This document shows positions 26,400 through 40,300 of a stretch of DNA of 64,000 nucleotides, piece after piece (within the stretch, counting starts at the first letter, position 1; every line of letters begins with the position of its first letter). Under the pieces are notes generated by a model, which saw only the letters and a list, made by a program, of their open reading frames with translations, was not told where the DNA came from and did no database searches. A program made the translations under genes and the position numbers. Source of the stretch: Chrysomallon squamiferum (taxonomy: Eukaryota > Animalia > Mollusca); the NCBI GenBank assembly GCA_012295275.1, contig CM022668.1, positions 3,906,001 through 3,970,000 of the forward strand, read 5' to 3'.

Positions 26400-26550
26400 C
26401 CCCTTTATATTTGGCTTGACATGTGTTTAGGAATGACGTCAGTCGATTGTGGACGTTTTGTTTACTCTGTGAAGAACGACGTCTACTCTAGTCGTTAATA
26501 GTCGGTAAATTTCGTTTCGTCTTTGCCCCACCTTTCATTTTATTTATTTA

Positions 26551-26589
<39 letters not shown>

Positions 26590-26745
26590 GCAGCTTTATG
26601 GTTTTTTCGTTTTAAAAAAGTAAACTATTTTGTGAGACCATGTTTTTGCTATGGTTTTGGGCTATAGTATATCAAAGTTATTTCCCTTTTAATGTAGGAA
26701 GTGACGTTAGGAAGATGGCCGATAAATGGTTTTTATTTAGGTTTG
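26400..26745. promoter_or_regulatory. UBAP1 promoter region with candidate non-coding first exon(s)
   Basis: CpG-rich patch with CRE TGACGTCA at 26434-26441, ETS-like GGAAGT at 26697-26702, YY1-like AAGATGGCCG at 26712-26721, and plus-strand donors at 26505 and 26741. The UBAP1 ATG exon has an acceptor at 29478. Confidence 0.55.
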
Positions 26746-29487
26746 TATAATTTTATTTGTCATTTAAATCATTAATGGATTTGACTATATTCTTTGTTAG
26801 CGAGTCGAGTATTTTAATACTAAAACTAACAGAAGGCTTTAGTGAATTTTAATCAACTCTATTATTTATCATCAAATAATTTGGGTCAAAATATTGTTTG
26901 AGGCACAGTGCATTGCACTGTCACGACTGTCACACTAGCGACTATCGAAAGTAAGTGTGTGAGTATGACAGTGAGTCATTGATGTTTACTTCAACCTGAC
27001 AAAAAATAGTTTAATTCATCATCTTCAATAAGTAGGTACAGTATATTGGATTTATCTTTTTTATTATTTATATGGGCAGTGTTGTTTTTAGGTGTTTTAA
27101 AAAAAAAAAAAAAATTACGGATTATAAACGTAATTTTTTAAATGTCATTTCTCGATATCACGATATGGAATATCAAGTCAGATTGTTATGATTCTGAGAT
27201 CAGAATTAAATTTTGAATACATTGAAATAATTTTGTTTTCCATCTTTATTTTATGACGGTAAACCATGTTTTTACCTTCCGTAGTAGGGCCTTTAATCAT
27301 AGCCTAATAGGGCCTCGTTCAAGCTGTGGAAAGTTTCCTCAGTGATATTTAAATGTACTGTTTTAAATGTTTCTTTAACTTAGCAAATTGGTCCTAACGT
27401 ATTTACTAAGCCACGGATTGCAATTTAGTTTATACCACTTGTAGAATTTGCTGGTAGTTATTTTTTTGTAGTTATTATAATATTTTATATTGTTGTAATT
27501 TTAAGGTACAGTTTTTGAAAATGTTGGTAACATATTTAATATTTACCTAAATGGTTTACTTTAATTAATATCTTGTAATTAACCTATATATATCTTTAAA
27601 GTAAGTAAATATATTAACCATTCAATTCTGCAAATATTCCTAACAATATGTATGAATTAAATATCTACTGTTAGTTAACAGTAATCCAATTACTGAAATC
27701 ACCTAACAATTAATGATCATTAGCAAGAGATAAAAGGAGTTTTTGTAAGGTATGCTCTGCTGACTTCAGGGAAGTCCGCAACATGTTTATTTAAGTAAAA
27801 GTCAAAAGAGAGACAGAGACCGCAAAGAACAAAGAGAAGACACGGGTGGGATCAGGAGTTGGTGGCCATTGTTAGGCAGTTAATTATGTTGGTAAATATA
27901 TTTTGCATTATCATTGATTATCCTGTTTCTGTATGCTCTGTTTGATTTGTGATAAATTTGATGAACCTCTATATGCTCATTTAATGCCAACTCCCAAGTC
28001 CTCAATCAGTAAATAATAAGAATACATGTGTAAAATAAATAATTATCTTTGAAATATAAATATTGTATCTAATATTGTATATATGTATCTATTATAATCG
28101 ATCGTCACATTTTCGTAATTACACAGACAGTGGGGCCACCAAAGGCGCAGTCCCTAGACAAAAAATGAGCCATATTTTAATAAAGTCATTAGCATTTGAA
28201 AGCTAACACCTCATCTGCACTGGGCCCCATGACAATTTTTATTCACCATTTGAACAGCACTTTTATTTTACACAATGAAAACTGTCAGTTCTACATGAAA
28301 GGGAAACAGATTGTTGTCATATAACACTTCTCCAATTTGAAGCTAATCAAGAGAGAATGGGTATTAGCTGTTATTTGATTGTGAATTGAAGTCACTACAT
28401 TGTGGAGATTCACCTTGTGAAAGGATCAGTTCCTGGTGCTCCTGAATAAATCTTTTTACTCCAGCCAGTACAAATGGTATATCAAAACCACACACACACA
28501 TACACACAAACTATTACTTTTTTGTATAAAAAAAATTGTTTAATGACTTCATGCTGTTGACTTCAAACATGAGTAGCCCAGCAGGTGTTTCTCTTTTGTT
28601 ACATGTGTTAATGAATTGTCAATGCTATAAATTTATGATGCCAACTAACTGCAAATTAAACAGTTACATGAAACATTGCATTCTTCTTCATTCAACCAAA
28701 GAGGAAGATAAAACATTCTCAGATAAATGACCTGACCTCAGATAAAGTCAATATTTTAATACTTTTTAATTTGGTTCTGGTTGGATGAACTCTCATACTA
28801 GTCAGTTAAACATAGGTTATATATTTACACATAAATTTCATGATAACTTGTTTATAATTGCAGTTATTTATGTGGAAACTTAATTATTGGTACCTAATAC
28901 ACTACAGATGTTAATGTTAACTGTAAGTGATAAATATATACAAACTGTTACTCTTTAATACTTGTAGAAAAGAATTTTTTTTTTCACAAATTCTTTATTT
29001 ATTATAGAATAATATAAAAATTACAGACAAACACATAATTTGGATCATTCATAATCATGATAATATTTCATTTAAAAATCTTCTGTTTTCTTTTTCAAGA
29101 ACTTTGAATTTAAATTATCTCTAAAAGTAATGATAGCAGTATGATTATGTAAATATGATGGTGATGTACAAATCACTGTTTGCTTTTACATGAATGTAAG
29201 TAAATAATCCTGGTTTGAATTTTCTTTGCTCAGTTTAATATGTATATAATGTTAACTTCATTCATGTTAATCCAAAACTTAATAATGGACATAATACAGT
29301 CATATCTCTTTACAATGCTGACATTGGGTGGGTAGCTGATTAGTTTTGTTTCATATTTCATGAATATGTGTATGTGTGTCTGTATACATAGATGATTGAA
29401 ATTTTTTGAAAAATAGATTATTGGAAATGTATATATTTAATTTAACTGTCATGCTAACAAAGTTTGTCTGTTTTTTAGTGATTAAGA

Positions 29488-30552
29488 ATGGCCTACCAAC
29501 AAAACCATCACAGGACTTCTAGTACAGGTCAGTATGAAATGATGTTCTTCTAAAATTTGATAATTGGTTTTATATGCATTTAATTTGTTATAATTGAGAT
29601 GTGAAACTTTGTTAGGATTTGCTCACTGGTTGATATAAACGGTTTTTAAATTTTAGTCTCGTTATGTTATTTGTAGGTTTGGCCTCAAGTATTTCTTGCC
29701 TTGATGGTGTCCCATTCAAGATAGGCGTCAAGTTCAAAACTCCTCCTCGTGTAAGTTGTGTAAATTTTATTGTTCTCAAAAATAACCATCAAAGATTACA
29801 TTCAGAATCAGTTGTTAAAGTTTGTATTCATAATTAAAACTCTGTTTCCTCTTAACAACTTTTAGCCGTGAGCTATTTAATTAGTTAACATCTTTTGAGC
29901 TAGGTAATTGTTACATAACAATACCTGCTTTAAAAGCTTATTATTTTTATACATTCATTGGCTACCTGCATACTGTGGTCCAGTGGTTAGCATTTTGTGG
30001 TGTCACCCATTGCAGTGGTTTCATATTTAAAGTACATGCACATAAGAGATTTTGCTGGTTATGGTAAATATAACTGAAGTCAACAACTAAAAATTTATCC
30101 CTTGAATTTCAAATGATGTATAAAACTTCTGTGTTTCAATACGTCATTATATAAACACAAAACATACACATCCATATGGTGAACATGCACATTAAAATAT
30201 AATAATGACTAACTGCAAAACAGTTTATATACTTTCATATATCACTGAATACACACTTCAATAATTCAAAGTAAATGAACAGTCTCCAAATTTAAAATTT
30301 TTATTTTTATTTTATTAACAATACCAAGCATGGAAAAACAACAACAAAAAAGTCCACACAAGAACAGAAAACTAGATTAGTGTTTTTTAACTGAAATAAA
30401 AGAATGTTGAATTGATTTTATTTTAGTTTATGTGTCCTGATGAAATAAAAGAAAGACAAAGGTGTCCAGCCTTAAATGAGGAGGTGAGAATTTGATGTAG
30501 TTTTTGAAACTTCCAAACAGGTTTTCAATTTTTAAAATATTCCGAATAATTA

Positions 30553-30633
<81 letters not shown>

Positions 30634-33600
30634 GCTCTTGTCACTCTTTTCTTGCTCTCATTCACACTCTCTCTTATCCAAAAGAAATGATAATACTGCA
30701 GTTTAGTTTTCTCTTTTTCTCTGTCTGTATGTCAGTCTGTCTCACTCTGTGTTGTTACTGGTTTTAGTACATGTTTGAGACTGAGGAGGCAGTGTTGGCC
30801 TGGGCAAAGGCGAGAGAAGAATTAAAGGAAAAAGCTCGCCAAGAAGCAGCTGAACAAGCTCGTCAAGAAATAGCTGAACAAGCTGAAGATGCTGTCAATG
30901 ATTCTGAAGATAGTTCAGATGATGACAATAACATGGATGGCATTGACAAGTCAACATCAGTGGACATCTCTCAGCCTGTTGCAGCAGCCATGTCTAACAA
31001 CATCCTCACCCCAGTGCCTATCACATCCACCAAACAGGAACAACCGGACACCAGCAGCCGTGTGGTTGATATTGACTTGACTATGTTTGAAAAAGAAGAA
31101 GATTTGTTTGACAACATTGACAGACAGATGATAAATGAGATGGAGGAACTGAAAACAGTGCTGCAGCCTCCAGCACCACCAAATGACTCCAATACCAACA
31201 GCAACAACAACAACACTGTAGCTGAAAGAAACAACAGCACATTGACTGCTGTGTCTGAGAGTGTTGAGTGCAGTCAGAAAAGTGAATATACCTGTGATAA
31301 CCGCCCTGGTCCCCTAGTGAGACCCGTCCCTGCAGTCAGAAAATCTAAACTTAGTGGGAAATTTTCAGAAGGGGAATATGTTGAACTTAAAAAAGATTTC
31401 CACTCTGATGTTGTTTTTTTCAGTAAGTCCAGTAACACAGCAGATGGTACTGACCCAGGTGACAGTGATGTGACAAAAACACATAAACAACTCTTACCTG
31501 ACAGAAATAACTCACTGGAGATACATACAGCAGGACCTCTTGATAAGGATGATAGCCAAGAAAATAACAAGATAATTCAGCAGAGTAATTTGTTTGATGA
31601 TGTTAATGGGACATGTTCAGTTACTGGTGGAAGTTTGCCTTACCAGTTAGTTGCCAATAACCTAGTTAAACCTGTTCTACCACCAGTTCGGACAGTACTT
31701 CCTCCAATACAGCCTAAACCTCCCCCAGTACATACTGCTCCTCCTGTATCACAGTCACCCCCTCCCAAACCTGCAAGACTTGTACACACTGCTTCTGTAT
31801 CACAGTCACCCCCTCCTACCCAGCCACCCCCTCCCAAACCTGTAAGACCTGCACCTCCTCCCCCTCAAAACAGGAATCTGATAACCTCTGGGGTAAAGAA
31901 AGACAACTTAATTAATTTTTTACCTTGTAAAAGACATTCTGTTCCTATTTTAAATTCTGGGATGTCCCAACAGACAGACTGCATGTCAGTATCATCTGAT
32001 TGTGCCAGTCTGTCATGTAGTTTGTTATCACAAAGTGACGTCATTGGAAGTAAATACAGTCGTCACCTGCAGAATGCATCTCCTTGTGGCACTGTCACTA
32101 ATTGTGGCAGTTCCAGTCAGTCTGATGTGTCACCAAGTTCACCTATCTTTTCTGTGTCACCACCACCAGCCAGACCATCTTCACAACAAGTAAGTGTAAT
32201 ATTATTTAACTGTTTTGATGGGGTTTTTTAGTTTTAATAGAACCATTACAGTTTTATTACCTAATGTTTCATTTGACAAAATGTTAATGTGACAGTGAGT
32301 AGTGAAACAACCTTGTTTCCTAAACTCAGCAGAGTTGTTATAATTCAGTGTGTTTTTTGTTTTTCTAGATAACCTTCGAGAAACAAAACACTTTCATACC
32401 CAGGCTCTTTATTCTGATGCATTGTGTTTTTATTTCATTAGGAATAACATAAATGTGTGTTTTATAGGTATCTGTATCAGAAAACTTTATCCATCTTATA
32501 GTATATATAATTATATACGTATAAGTAGGTATTCACAAGATACTGCGTATTTTCATTTTTCTTTTTCATTCTTTTTTTAATATATTTGCGCTAATTATGT
32601 TAAACAAGTTTAATTTAATATTTTAAGCTATGGAATCCTTACAAGCCACTACCACTACCAACCAGTGTGTCTCAAGATTCCAGCAGCTCAGAGTTTGATC
32701 CCTACACAGTCCTGTCAGAAGAAGAGCAGAAGTTTGTAAACAATTTGACTGACATGGGTTTTACTCGTCCACTGGTGGCTCGAGCAGTAGCCAGACTGGG
32801 CACCAATGAAAGAGAGGTGAACATAGACAGAGATGTTTGTTGTTATCATTCAGTGTTTTATTTATTGTTATTGTTGTTATTTAATCGTTGTAATAACCTT
32901 TGTGTGCCATTTCAGTAAATACTCTTTTTACTGTTATTTATAATTTATTTATTTTTGTTCTTGTTGTTATTTAGTATATATTTATGGTTTTGTTCTTGCT
33001 TGAAGGAATGATTTTTAACTTTCAAAATAATACATGCATTCAGGGTAATTTCTTTTCTTCAAATTCTTCAAAAATAACTTAAATATTAATTTGACCAAAA
33101 ACAATTTTGTTTTTTAAATTAAAAAATTCCTTATTGGTTTTGCCAAGGTTTAGTAAAGGGAAGTATTTAATCACAAAAAAAAAAAATGCTTTTGTTTGCA
33201 GGAACTGTGTTTCATTAAAAAGTGTTATTGTTTTTAAGGTTCTTGATTTCTTGGACAGCATGGACAAGCTTTGTGAAAAAGGTTACAGCACGGTTTTGTC
33301 AGAAGCAGCACTGCAGATGTATGACATCAAAAAGGTTAACATTTTCACCTGTTCATATAACAGAAAATAAACTTTATTTTCTAAATCTTTCCATCTTCAT
33401 CAGATTCAGTTTTCATTTAATTTTTACATAAGTTATAATTCCAAAGATGCAGATTTTCATGTATAAAAAACACACAAAACCAAACCAAAACCAAAACCAA
33501 AAAGTAAGAAGAAAAAAACAAAAACAATAAATAAATAAATTATTTAATTAAGTAGTTTAATTAAATTTAAAAAAACCCCATAAAACTGAACATTTTCTAT

Positions 33601-33885
33601 AATGAACAGATTAGTATTATTATATTATTACTATTAACAATATTAAATTTTGATTTTTATATTTGTTGAACATTTTATTTTTCTGTTTTTGTATCCTTTA
33701 CTGTTAGACGTGACTTACAAAGTCATTTCTTGTACACTGTAATGTGTTTGTTTTTACAGGCAGTAGAATATCTGCAACTGTACTCACAGTTCCAGGAACT
33801 TGGATTTGGCACTGAGAAAATAAAGGAGGCTCTTGTGAAAGAAAACCTTGACAGAGACAAAGCACTTGACCTCCTGACTAGCTGA
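29488..33885 (+). CDS. UBAP1: Ubiquitin-associated protein 1 (ESCRT-I subunit), 7 coding exons, 667 aa
   Basis: Exons 29488-29527, 29677-29750, 30427-30483, 30768-32189, 32628-32816, 33239-33334, 33760-33885 join in frame (2004 nt). N-terminal UMA (LDGVPFKIGVKFKTP...YMFETEEAVLAW), IDLTMFEKEEDLFDNI motif, and C-terminal triple UBA/SOUBA (DMGF, EKGY, ELGF...DRDKALD). Confidence 0.93.
30556..30629. repeat. (CT)n microsatellite in a UBAP1 intron
   Basis: Perfect dinucleotide run. Confidence 0.97.
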
Positions 33886-36800
33886 TGATTCAGTCTACAA
33901 ACTGTTTTGACTTTACTGGCTGTTGTACTGATGTAACAGAATGTACTACACAGTCATTATGACACTTACGATCAAATCAGTATCACTTTACAACCAGATT
34001 CCTCTGTAAAACATTATCAGCTTTTGATTCAGAATAGCTACAACTGTTGATACAGTTTTCTGTTGAATGATGTTCAGTGCAGTATTATCAACCACTGAAC
34101 ATACAGTTGCCAGTTTTTAACTGATAATGACATCGGCATTTGTTAAATGATTTAAGTGATAATATTGCTATACTTCATAGGCTGTGATTATAAACTAAAT
34201 ACAAAATTTCTGATTGTGTCTGATGATTTCACTGTTATTATGAGAAGAAAGATCTCTGTTTGTAAATGAGTCCCACTGTTTTTCCCTGCACAACAGTTAT
34301 GTTCCTGTGAAACTAATGAGACTGGAGAGCTCTGCATGAAAACTGTGAACTGGCAGGATACTTGTAATAGGTGTGATTTGGCCAGATAGTGCTAATGAGT
34401 TTTAAGTTGAAGGATAGTCCAAGCAAAAGTCTGAATTGACAGCAAATGTGATTTCTTTTTTAAAGCTACAGTTATGTGCTTTAATATGTTAATAGTAACA
34501 GTTTGCTATATATCTACTAACATTGTGCAATCTTTGAAAATGGTCTGTGTCAATTTTTTATTTTTTTGGTTGGGGTATCATGAATATAGTAACCTCTTCA
34601 AAATTATTAAGTGTACATTTCAGTGTGTATTTATATTAATTTTATTATATAAGCAACATTTATTCTTAATTTTTATAACTTACTTCACTAACTTAATTCA
34701 AAAGATACTGATGTGAATGAATACAGCAGTGAAAAATATTTAAAGAAAAAATAATAAAGTAATTCTGTAATTTTTTTATTTAGTAACATTTGTCATAACT
34801 ATTTTACTGTTTTTTACCCAAAATTTTAATAAATATTACATAATCAGCATAATTAAGTTATTTTTTTAAAATTAATGCTGTGTTATACATATCACACACA
34901 CACACAGCAATGAAAAATGAAAACAGTTTAGGGTTTTTTAATTAAACTGTTTAAAAAATTACTCTTTTTATCACAGAAAATTTTAAATAATTAATATTCA
35001 TAATTCAGATATATTTATTACATGCTACATATTTTAAATTAATATTGTCTTATGAAATCCTGTTATATAATTTAGAGATTTTAAGCAACAGTATATATTC
35101 TGTTGTATTACTAGCTGTGTTTTGCTACATGTATTGTTTATAGTGTGATGTAAACAGTTCATTATTAACTTTTATTCCAAAATAAGGAAATCTGCTATCA
35201 TATCTCCACTCTCATCTCATTACACAGATTAATGGTTCATATTGTGTCTTTTTTTTGTTTTGCTGGCTCCTACATTCCTCTGTTTGAACTGATTTTAAAA
35301 AGTTGTGATTCCTTTGTGAAGTAAACATTGAGATGTATATTAGTTCTTATTTTTACAGTAACATTCAGATGATTCAGCAATAACCAAGAAAATACTATGT
35401 TAAATGTCTGTATACAAAGCTCATTTTATCTTTTTATAAACTGAGGTATGATTATTAAGTTTGATATAAAATAAAATAAATAACTTTGTGCTTAGACTGA
35501 TTACCTATGTCATGTTTGAATTTGTTTGTTAACCCTTTTTATACAGATTAAAGTTTGTTGGTATATCCAGTATTTTTTGTAATTAATAATCATCATCATG
35601 GCAATATATTTGTCATTCTTAACTCAAATTTCCCCAGTGATGTAGATTCCTAAAACCAGAGGCCAGTGTAGTGTCAGAGCACTGTGATTTATAAAGTCAG
35701 ATTTTTGTCTGATAGTAATGGTTATTTTTGCAACAATGTGAATGATAGTTTATCATTTCATTTCAAATTACATTATGTTGTAAGCACTAGTCTTGGTAAC
35801 ATTTTCAAATTAGTCAAAATAAATAAATAAATAATAAAAATAAGTCACAACTCTTGCAGTGTTTCTTGTTGCAGCAGACATGTCTGATACCAAAAGGGTT
35901 AACAAATAAATGTTCAAAGTCTTTCATTTCTTCAGTGAGATTATTTTGTATGATTGATATACACAAGACAGCTGTCAGTATTATTAATTTAAAAATCTTC
36001 TTTTTTTTTATTGTCTATTTGTTTATTTTTAATGTGAGAAAATAATATGTACAAATTATTCCACTTCACATTTTTGACAGGAGGTTTTTATATACTTAAT
36101 TCTATACAAAGATATGCCCAGAAAATCAGTGTTTGTTTAACTGAATGAGAAAACCATCTTTACTGTTCTGAAATCAAGTTTTACTTAAGTCTAAAAATTG
36201 GTCACAGAATCATTCTGTTCTTTTATATAAAAGATATCATTCTAGAAATTTAATCAGAAATATCCAGTCATCATTAAGGATTTTGAAATATTAAACATTT
36301 TATTTTAGAAAGTTACAGCACAATGCATACATTTATCTGTTACCAACTTTGAAACCTTTGCAAGTAAAATTTTTTTTCATCCATGAATATTTAAAAGAAA
36401 AATAAGAAAAAAGAAGGGAGTATCATGATGTGTATAATGTACAAATAAAAAATAACCACAATTTTGATACTGATTTTATTTTTCAATGTTATAACATGCA
36501 CCAGAACCGATTTATTGTTTAAAAAGATGCATACCATCTGTATATACTGGTGATTGTAGAAATTAATAAATAAACTACCAACATATTAACGTTTGTTATT
36601 TTAAAGAAAAACATTTATCTGAATGAAATTGTAACAATTGATATATGCAGTAATCTTTTAGGCTTCAACCTTGTACATGTTTGTAACCATCTACATTATT
36701 GGTCAAGAGAAAGATGGTCTAAAAGATAATGTTACCTTGATACATTTTGATAATTTATTAAATTTAAAAAGCTGGGGGGTTTTGTGAAGTGAAAATGTTT

Positions 36801-37380
36801 AAGTATATATATCTGGAAATAGGTTGTGATCTCATATTTAACAGCATCTTTAATCAAAATATTCTAATAATTACCTTCTAAGATAAAAAAAAAAGTATAA
36901 ACAAAACCAGTAAATATATGCATTACCAAAATATGTTTGATTAAGATTAACAAACCTCACCATAAAATCCCATGTTTAAAATTTATTATCTGTATGAAAC
37001 TATAATAAGTTATTTTTGCATTAATTTCATTCATCTCAGTAACATTTGCACCCACAAGTCAAAATAATTCTTTGTTTTAAGAACAATTTAAGTTTAATTA
37101 TTTTAATTAATCTTACATTTTAATAATTAAAATACTCATTTATATCATAACATACACAAAATATATAATCATCTGAACAAATTGCTTCCTGGGGATTGTA
37201 AACATTTTTGTATTTTAAAAATTATACATACAATATGTAGATTAATTATAAAAAATAAAAATATGAACAAGCCGCTTATTTTGAAAAATTTAAATGTGAC
37301 ATTTTGCTTATTTTATCCATTTAAAATAATGTAAAAATAATGTAAAATAATTTTAAAGAAACGGAAATGTGTTTTCACTT

Positions 37381-40300
37381 TCATGCATGGCGAAGTTTAG
37401 TTTTCTTTTTGTTGCTTTGATCTTTCATGTTCTGAGAATGCCTGGAAACCGTCTTGTTCATGTTTCCGTATTTCTGACAGTCATTTCTAGAAAAGTGAAA
37501 AAGGCAGACAAACAATTTTAGAAAAAAGTCTGTTTCAATTTAACTAAAAAATAAAAATAATTAAAATCTGATAAGATATACATAAAAAAAATCCATACAA
37601 CTTTTTAAAACGATAAATTAAATATAATTAAAGGTAATATATAATTTATTTATATTCGTTAAAACAAAATTTTAAATGCCATTTTCATTAAAATAGTTCT
37701 GTACACAAGAACTCAGGTTTGAAAAATAAGAAAACAGAGTGAGAGGACAGACATACTTGCTCATCTTAATTTTATCTCGACAACCTGAACCTCCCTCCCA
37801 GTGACAACTTTTTTGTTTTGTTGTCATCTGTTTGCACAACACACACGGCTTTTCTGGACTGTAGGGCTGAAAAGTCAAATTGCTTCATTTCAAAATATCA
37901 TTTCCATAATTTACACATAAACAAGATAATAAAAAACTTTACATTTCTATGCTTATTCTATTTTGTGCAATCTAGGTTTACTGTATGTCAAAGCATCTGT
38001 ACATTTTAAAAATATTTTATTGTTAATTAAAAACAATAATTAAAAATAATAAAATCTGTGATTGAATAGTATAAATAAAGGTAACTAAGAATATACTGAT
38101 TTCTTATTTATTTTAAGTGTTTCTTTATCAGCTACAAATCAATATATTTCTGCATTTTGCAAATGTTTCAAAAATAGGTAGGTGTAAATAATATTTAAAT
38201 TTTATGATGTTCACATGCTAATATGGATAAAAATCTGTCAAAACTTGTTATTTTTAAAACCAACCTGTTCTTTACAACAGAAGCCACAGATAATTCGATT
38301 GGCAAATTTCATTTCATGATCTAGTTCACTCTCGTTATGACACAGGTCACATGGGTAAACCATTCCACAACAAGGAAACCTACAACACAACATAAGAATT
38401 ATTTTAACTTGTTACATTTATACTCACAAATACATTTTAATTCTTTAATGATTGTAACAACTGCAACATACCGAAACCATCGAAAGCTTTTCTTGTAGTG
38501 TTTGCAAGTTCCAAATTCTGGAAGAGGTTTTCCTTCTTGTATGACTGGATCTTTGAGTTTCCGAATTCTTGCCACCTCTATCTTGTGTACTTGTTTTTCA
38601 TCTGAAATTTTGAATAAGTTTTACCATAGCTATCTTTAATTTAAATCACTGCAGGGATGATCAATAATTGAAAAAATAAATTAATAATTAATACACAGAT
38701 ATAAAAATATAATAACACAATTTTGATTTTTTTTGTATCAAATAAAGTAGGTAACACCACACCATGTCACCAGAGGTTTCAGTCAACGTTTTGCTTCAAA
38801 TTTTTGATAGGTCAAATATTAAAAGTTTATTTTAGCTTGTCAAATCAACCAGTTTTTTTCCTCTTTATATTATTAGTTTGTGATTGATTCACCAAAGATT
38901 TATGAAAATATATTTTAATTTCTGACAACACTGGAGAAATAAAAATAATGAAACTGGCAATAAAAATGTGACAGAAAATAATTCTAAAAAACCCCCAAAA
39001 TTAATCTGGACAGTGACTTAAAAGTAAAACCATATAAACACTACAGCTCCACTGACTTTCTTTCACTGCAAGATGAGATCAAATTTCATTTTCATCTGCT
39101 GGTTACATACTGACAAGAAGGGAAAACTAAACTTGAATATCTTTACACAATGCTTTTTATATTTGAATTAGCAACAGAATATGGTATCAATCCAAACAGA
39201 AAAATTAGTTAAAAGTAAATGCTATTTAAACAGTGAATGCAGTTAAGTTTAATGCTAAGATCTTTTGTAACCTTCTAGATTTAACAAAGATTATTTCTAT
39301 GAAAAAAGATTCAACTGAACAAGCAAATGAAAAATGAAAGTGTTGTCTTACCTGTTTTAATAGCTGAAGGTTGTAACTGTGTAAACTTCACATTCTCAGT
39401 TGCAATGGATAACTTCTGATGGCAGAAATGACACCAAGTATCAAACAGCTGTCCCACAGACATACCCTGTAACAAATATCATTTTTCAAACTTACTTATC
39501 TACAATAAACATTTATCAACTGTCAGGGCTATTTAAAATATAAACTATATTCTTTACTGTTTCTTATATACCTGCCTCTATATGTTACAGATATCTACAC
39601 CTATCTATCTATCTATACATGAATTTTAGAATGACATTCAATGTATTAGTGACTATTTAGAATAGCATATAAATAGATTTTACTTTTTTCTTGTTGTCCT
39701 TGCAACAGTTAAGACAACCTATATCAGCTGTTGACTCCTGCAGGATAAGATCAAAAGGGGAACAGTTGTTAAGGTCGAGATAACCCATGACGGCTGACAG
39801 CTGGTGAATGATGCTGGGTCTGAAGACAAGGACCTGGGTGACATTACACTTGGCACATGACACAGAGTTGACGCGGTGAGCAGGTGTTGTGAATTCACAC
39901 TTGTGTCTGCAGCGACAGCACTGAATGATGATGTGAATGGATTCAAAGTGAAGAGTGGAAACGTTGTTGAGCTGTAGATTTCTCAGCTGTATTTCAGTTC
40001 CGTTCTTCTCCGGGTCTATCAGAGCACTGACAGATTTCTCTTCACTGCTGCTTTTAGTAACTGTGACATCATCTTCATCTGCAGCTGTGTCATCATCTTC
40101 ATCTGCAACCTGTTTCTCAGTGTCTGCACTTTCAGATTTGTCAGTGTGATGTTTGGTGTGGTACACAGCCTGCAGCTCCCTGGCTGATATAAACTGAAAA
40201 CCTGCCTCTTTAGCTATCAACTCTCTTTTCAACTGAAATATAAATATGAACTATTTATTAATCTCTATTAAAGTGCGAAAATATTAATATAAAATAAATT

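Noticed and set aside
30971-31837. Antisense ORFs over the long UBAP1 exon (similarly over the CHY gene and GTPBP3)
   Set aside because: Shadow frames of real coding exons.
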